A stretch of DNA of 64,000 bases from Diplonema papillatum. Lineage: Eukaryota. Shown piece after piece: positions 62,010 through 64,000 of the stretch (positions are counted from its first letter, which is position 1; every line of letters starts with the position of its first letter). Location of the stretch: positions 245,818 through 309,817 of the forward strand of contig JAPJBO010000158.1 in assembly GCA_030068145.1 (NCBI GenBank), written 5' to 3'. A program made the translations under genes and the position numbers. A model generated the notes under the pieces. The model had not been told where the DNA came from, searched no databases, and saw only the letters and a list, made by a program, of their open reading frames with translations.

Positions 62010-62774
62010 ATGATGCGATTAACACGGGCCGGCTCTGAGCCCGTTGCCGATTTTGTAAACGATGTGATCGAACGAGTACTGCAGTGTCTCGAAAGAAGCG
62101 ACGGCACTCTGCTGGCAGTCGTCGGCAACAGCATTTTGGCAGCCTGGAACATGGCTAAACCCTGCATCCACCACTTCGAGAGCGCCATCCACTTCGCGAC
62201 CATTCTGCTGCAGAATCACGATCAGGATCACCACGAGCTGCGCGTCATGGACGACTGCCTCAACATCGGACTCGCCACAAGCTCTGCTCTGTGCGGTTCT
62301 TTCGGCACCGACAGCCAACGTTTCCTCACGGCTATGGGACCGTGTGTGTCCCTGTGTTGGAATCTTGCCAACACGGCATCCCTCTTGAACGTGACATCGC
62401 TCTACACAATGCCGAACGTGAGTAAGCATTTCTCGTGGCTGTGCGCCGAACACGGGAACAAGCTGCGTCCCGTGGCAAAGAGCAGATGGTGCCGCACCGG
62501 GATCGACGGCGATGACTCCGTATTCATTTTCCAGGTCGAGACGAAGCCAGAGAAGTGGGGAAAGCGCCTCATCCCCGCCACCTGCGACATCAGCAATTCA
62601 ACGGAGGACAACCCTCTCACTCTGTTTCCGTGGAGCAACGCGACCCACTGGAATGAGTTCCTCGCAGGGAACTTGGACGCCATCAAGTCACGCGCGCAAG
62701 AAAATGAGGATCACACCCTCGTGTCCATCCTTGATTGCGTCGGCAGCGACCTCTTTTTGAAACACCAATCCTAG
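62010..62774 (+). CDS. Degenerate second cyclase-homology domain (pseudo-catalytic CHD). Either an exon of the upstream cyclase or a separate gene.
   Basis: ...DGTLLAVVGNSILAAWNMAKPC..ESAIHFATILLQ...HELRVMDDCLNIGLATSSALCGSFGTDSQRFLTAMGPCVSLCWNLANTASLLNVTSLYT...GNKLRPVAKSRWCRTGIDGDDSVFIF is collinear with CHD motifs. GNS replaces the metal-binding GD(S/A). GLATSSALCG replaces GIHSGPVVAG. GPCVSLCWNLAN replaces GDTVNLASRME. A polypyrimidine/AG acceptor (TCCTTCACCAACAG|G) lies at 61977-61991. Confidence 0.6.
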   Translation: MMRLTRAGSEPVADFVNDVIERVLQCLERSDGTLLAVVGNSILAAWNMAKPCIHHFESAIHFATILLQNHDQDHHELRVMDDCLNIGLATSSALCGSFGTDSQRFLTAMGPCVSLCWNLANTASLLNVTSLYTMPNVSKHFSWLCAEHGNKLRPVAKSRWCRTGIDGDDSVFIFQVETKPEKWGKRLIPATCDISNSTEDNPLTLFPWSNATHWNEFLAGNLDAIKSRAQENEDHTLVSILDCVGSDLFLKHQS

Positions 62775-63449
62775 TCTCCACGTCCTAGTCTCCACCCCTC
62801 CTCACTAGTCTTTGTCGTGACTGTGAGCACGATAGGAGATAGAACCTCTCAGGTTTAGGCGACCCTGTCAGTACGCGCAAGCGCCTCTCTTCCCGATGAC
62901 GAGATCACTTGCAAGGCACCAGTACCACCGTTCATACAGCACAGGTCTTCTTGAGGCCAGAACGAAGTTGGTATCTTGGAAGGCCGCTTACGACCAATGC
63001 TCCAAGGGCGTTGAACCTCGAGGCTCGTTACCCACATGCAAATATACTACCACCTTGGTGGTGGAACGGAAAAAGTCAAGCAAGACTACATTCAAAGCGA
63101 GGTGTCGGTCGCAACACTTACAAACTTGGCTACCCGTAGTTAAAGTGTGTAATCATACCTACATCCCTACCCGCCTCGCAGCCTCCATGGTCAACTGGAG
63201 ACCCTAACCGGAAACCACAAAAAATGCTGGAAAAAGTATCGACAGTACGGCACCCTGCCAGCATAATATTATATAATAGATAAAATTCCCGTGTCCTTAT
63301 GCCGCTGTCGGCTCTAGCTTTGCCGCGGGGCCCGAGCGAAGAAATCTGCAGGGGGAGGCGCTATTTCCATATCCGCCTCGCTTCGATTTATTGAGCGCTT
63401 GGAACACCGGCAAGCAAGGAGGAAAAGAAAAAGGGACGCAAACAAACAA

Positions 63450-63560
63450 CGGATCCGGCGCTTCCTCTGTGCGCACTTCCTTCAGTTCTGTTCATCTAAC
63501 GGGAAGTGAGGATGGTACGCAGCCAGCGATCGGGGGTTGTTAACACTTTGCATTTGTTAG
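63450..63560 (+). repeat. Partial family-A 5' region interrupted by a MITE. The continuation resumes at 63819-63850.
   Basis: CGCTTCCTCTGTGCGCACTTCCTTCAGTTCTGTTCATCTAACGGGAAGTGAGGATGGTACGCAGCCAGCGATCGG...CATTTGTTAG aligns to 4984-5100 (...TTTGTTAGACACAAAAA). Confidence 0.6.
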
Positions 63561-63818
63561 CAGTGTTCGCGCTAAGGAAAAAAGCGGCTGATTTCAGCCA
63601 GAAAAAAATCTTGAAAAAGTGACCGGCTGACAATCAGGAAGGTCTGCCGATCAGAAGGTTTGTGCGACAACTGATGATTGATTCACAGCTGATTCCGCTC
63701 CATGGGCGGCATAGCCAAAGCTTACTCTGTTGAAAATCGGCTGATTTTGTGGGAGTCTGCCGGTAAGAAAAAGGCGAAATTTAATCAGCCGGCAAGCCGG
63801 CTGATCGCGCGCACACTG
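63561..63818. mobile_element. MITE, 258 bp, with 12 bp TIRs CAGTGT(T/G)CGCGC and an 8 bp TSD TTTGTTAG (hAT-like), inserted into a family-A repeat
   Basis: TSD TTTGTTAG at 63553-63560 and 63819-63826. The uninterrupted target is visible in the copy at about 5090 (ATTTGTTAGACAC). There are internal palindromic GCCGGCTGAT motifs. Confidence 0.75.
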
Positions 63819-64000
63819 TTTGTTAGACACAAAAAAGGAACCAATGCGTCAACTATTGACACAGTCGGCAGTCACACCCAGCAGAGCAAAAGGTTCCCCC
63901 GAAGAACGGATCTCCGCAAACTCGCAAGGTGGCTCTGTACCTTTCCCGTGAACAGGGCACTTCCAGCTGAGCTGCTGCTTATTGCTGCAATCCGCTCCAG

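Overview
This window is GC-rich (about 58-60%) nuclear DNA from a unicellular eukaryote. It is not prokaryotic: there are no operons and no CRISPR array, and the genes carry GT-AG introns. The intron donors are unusual, mostly GTATSC.

Host genes: every host gene I can recognise lies on the + strand. They are a bL12 (L7/L12) ribosomal protein, a multi-RRM nucleolin-like RNA-binding protein, Xaa-Pro aminopeptidase P (M24B), acetyl-CoA acetyltransferase (thiolase), a Golgi SYS1 homolog, a GAF-domain exon, a class III adenylyl/guanylyl cyclase, and a second, degenerate cyclase-homology domain. This strand coherence, together with a retroelement whose domain order matches kinetoplastid VIPER, suggests a euglenozoan-type polycistronic region. 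That is inference only.

Mobile elements and repeats:
- An apparently intact 7.5 kb non-LTR retrotransposon sits in thiolase intron 2 on the minus strand. It has an RT followed by a C-terminal CCHC zinc finger and a restriction-like endonuclease (R2/CRE/NeSL-type), and ends in poly(A).
- A DIRS/VIPER-like tyrosine-recombinase retroelement has the order gag, YR, RT, RH and is bounded by about 150 bp direct terminal repeats.
- A second LINE family is 5'-truncated and carries (CT)n tails. A roughly 170 bp SINE-like partner also ends in (CT)n, and the two are arrayed head-to-tail at CT microsatellites, including one (CT)~195 tract.
- A 285 bp SINE-like family has at least five copies.
- Three MITEs with clear TIRs are present. 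One has an 8 bp TSD and is inserted into a SINE copy.
- A 3.5 kb satellite of a 14 bp unit lies between the two cyclase domains.
- A cytosolic LSU rRNA 3'-domain fragment, about 450 bp and including the sarcin-ricin loop, is stranded in non-rDNA context.
- The 5' ends of two host genes are tandemly duplicated.

The long ORFs in the six-frame track that fall inside the satellite, or antisense to genes and LINEs, are artefacts of GC-rich or repetitive sequence.
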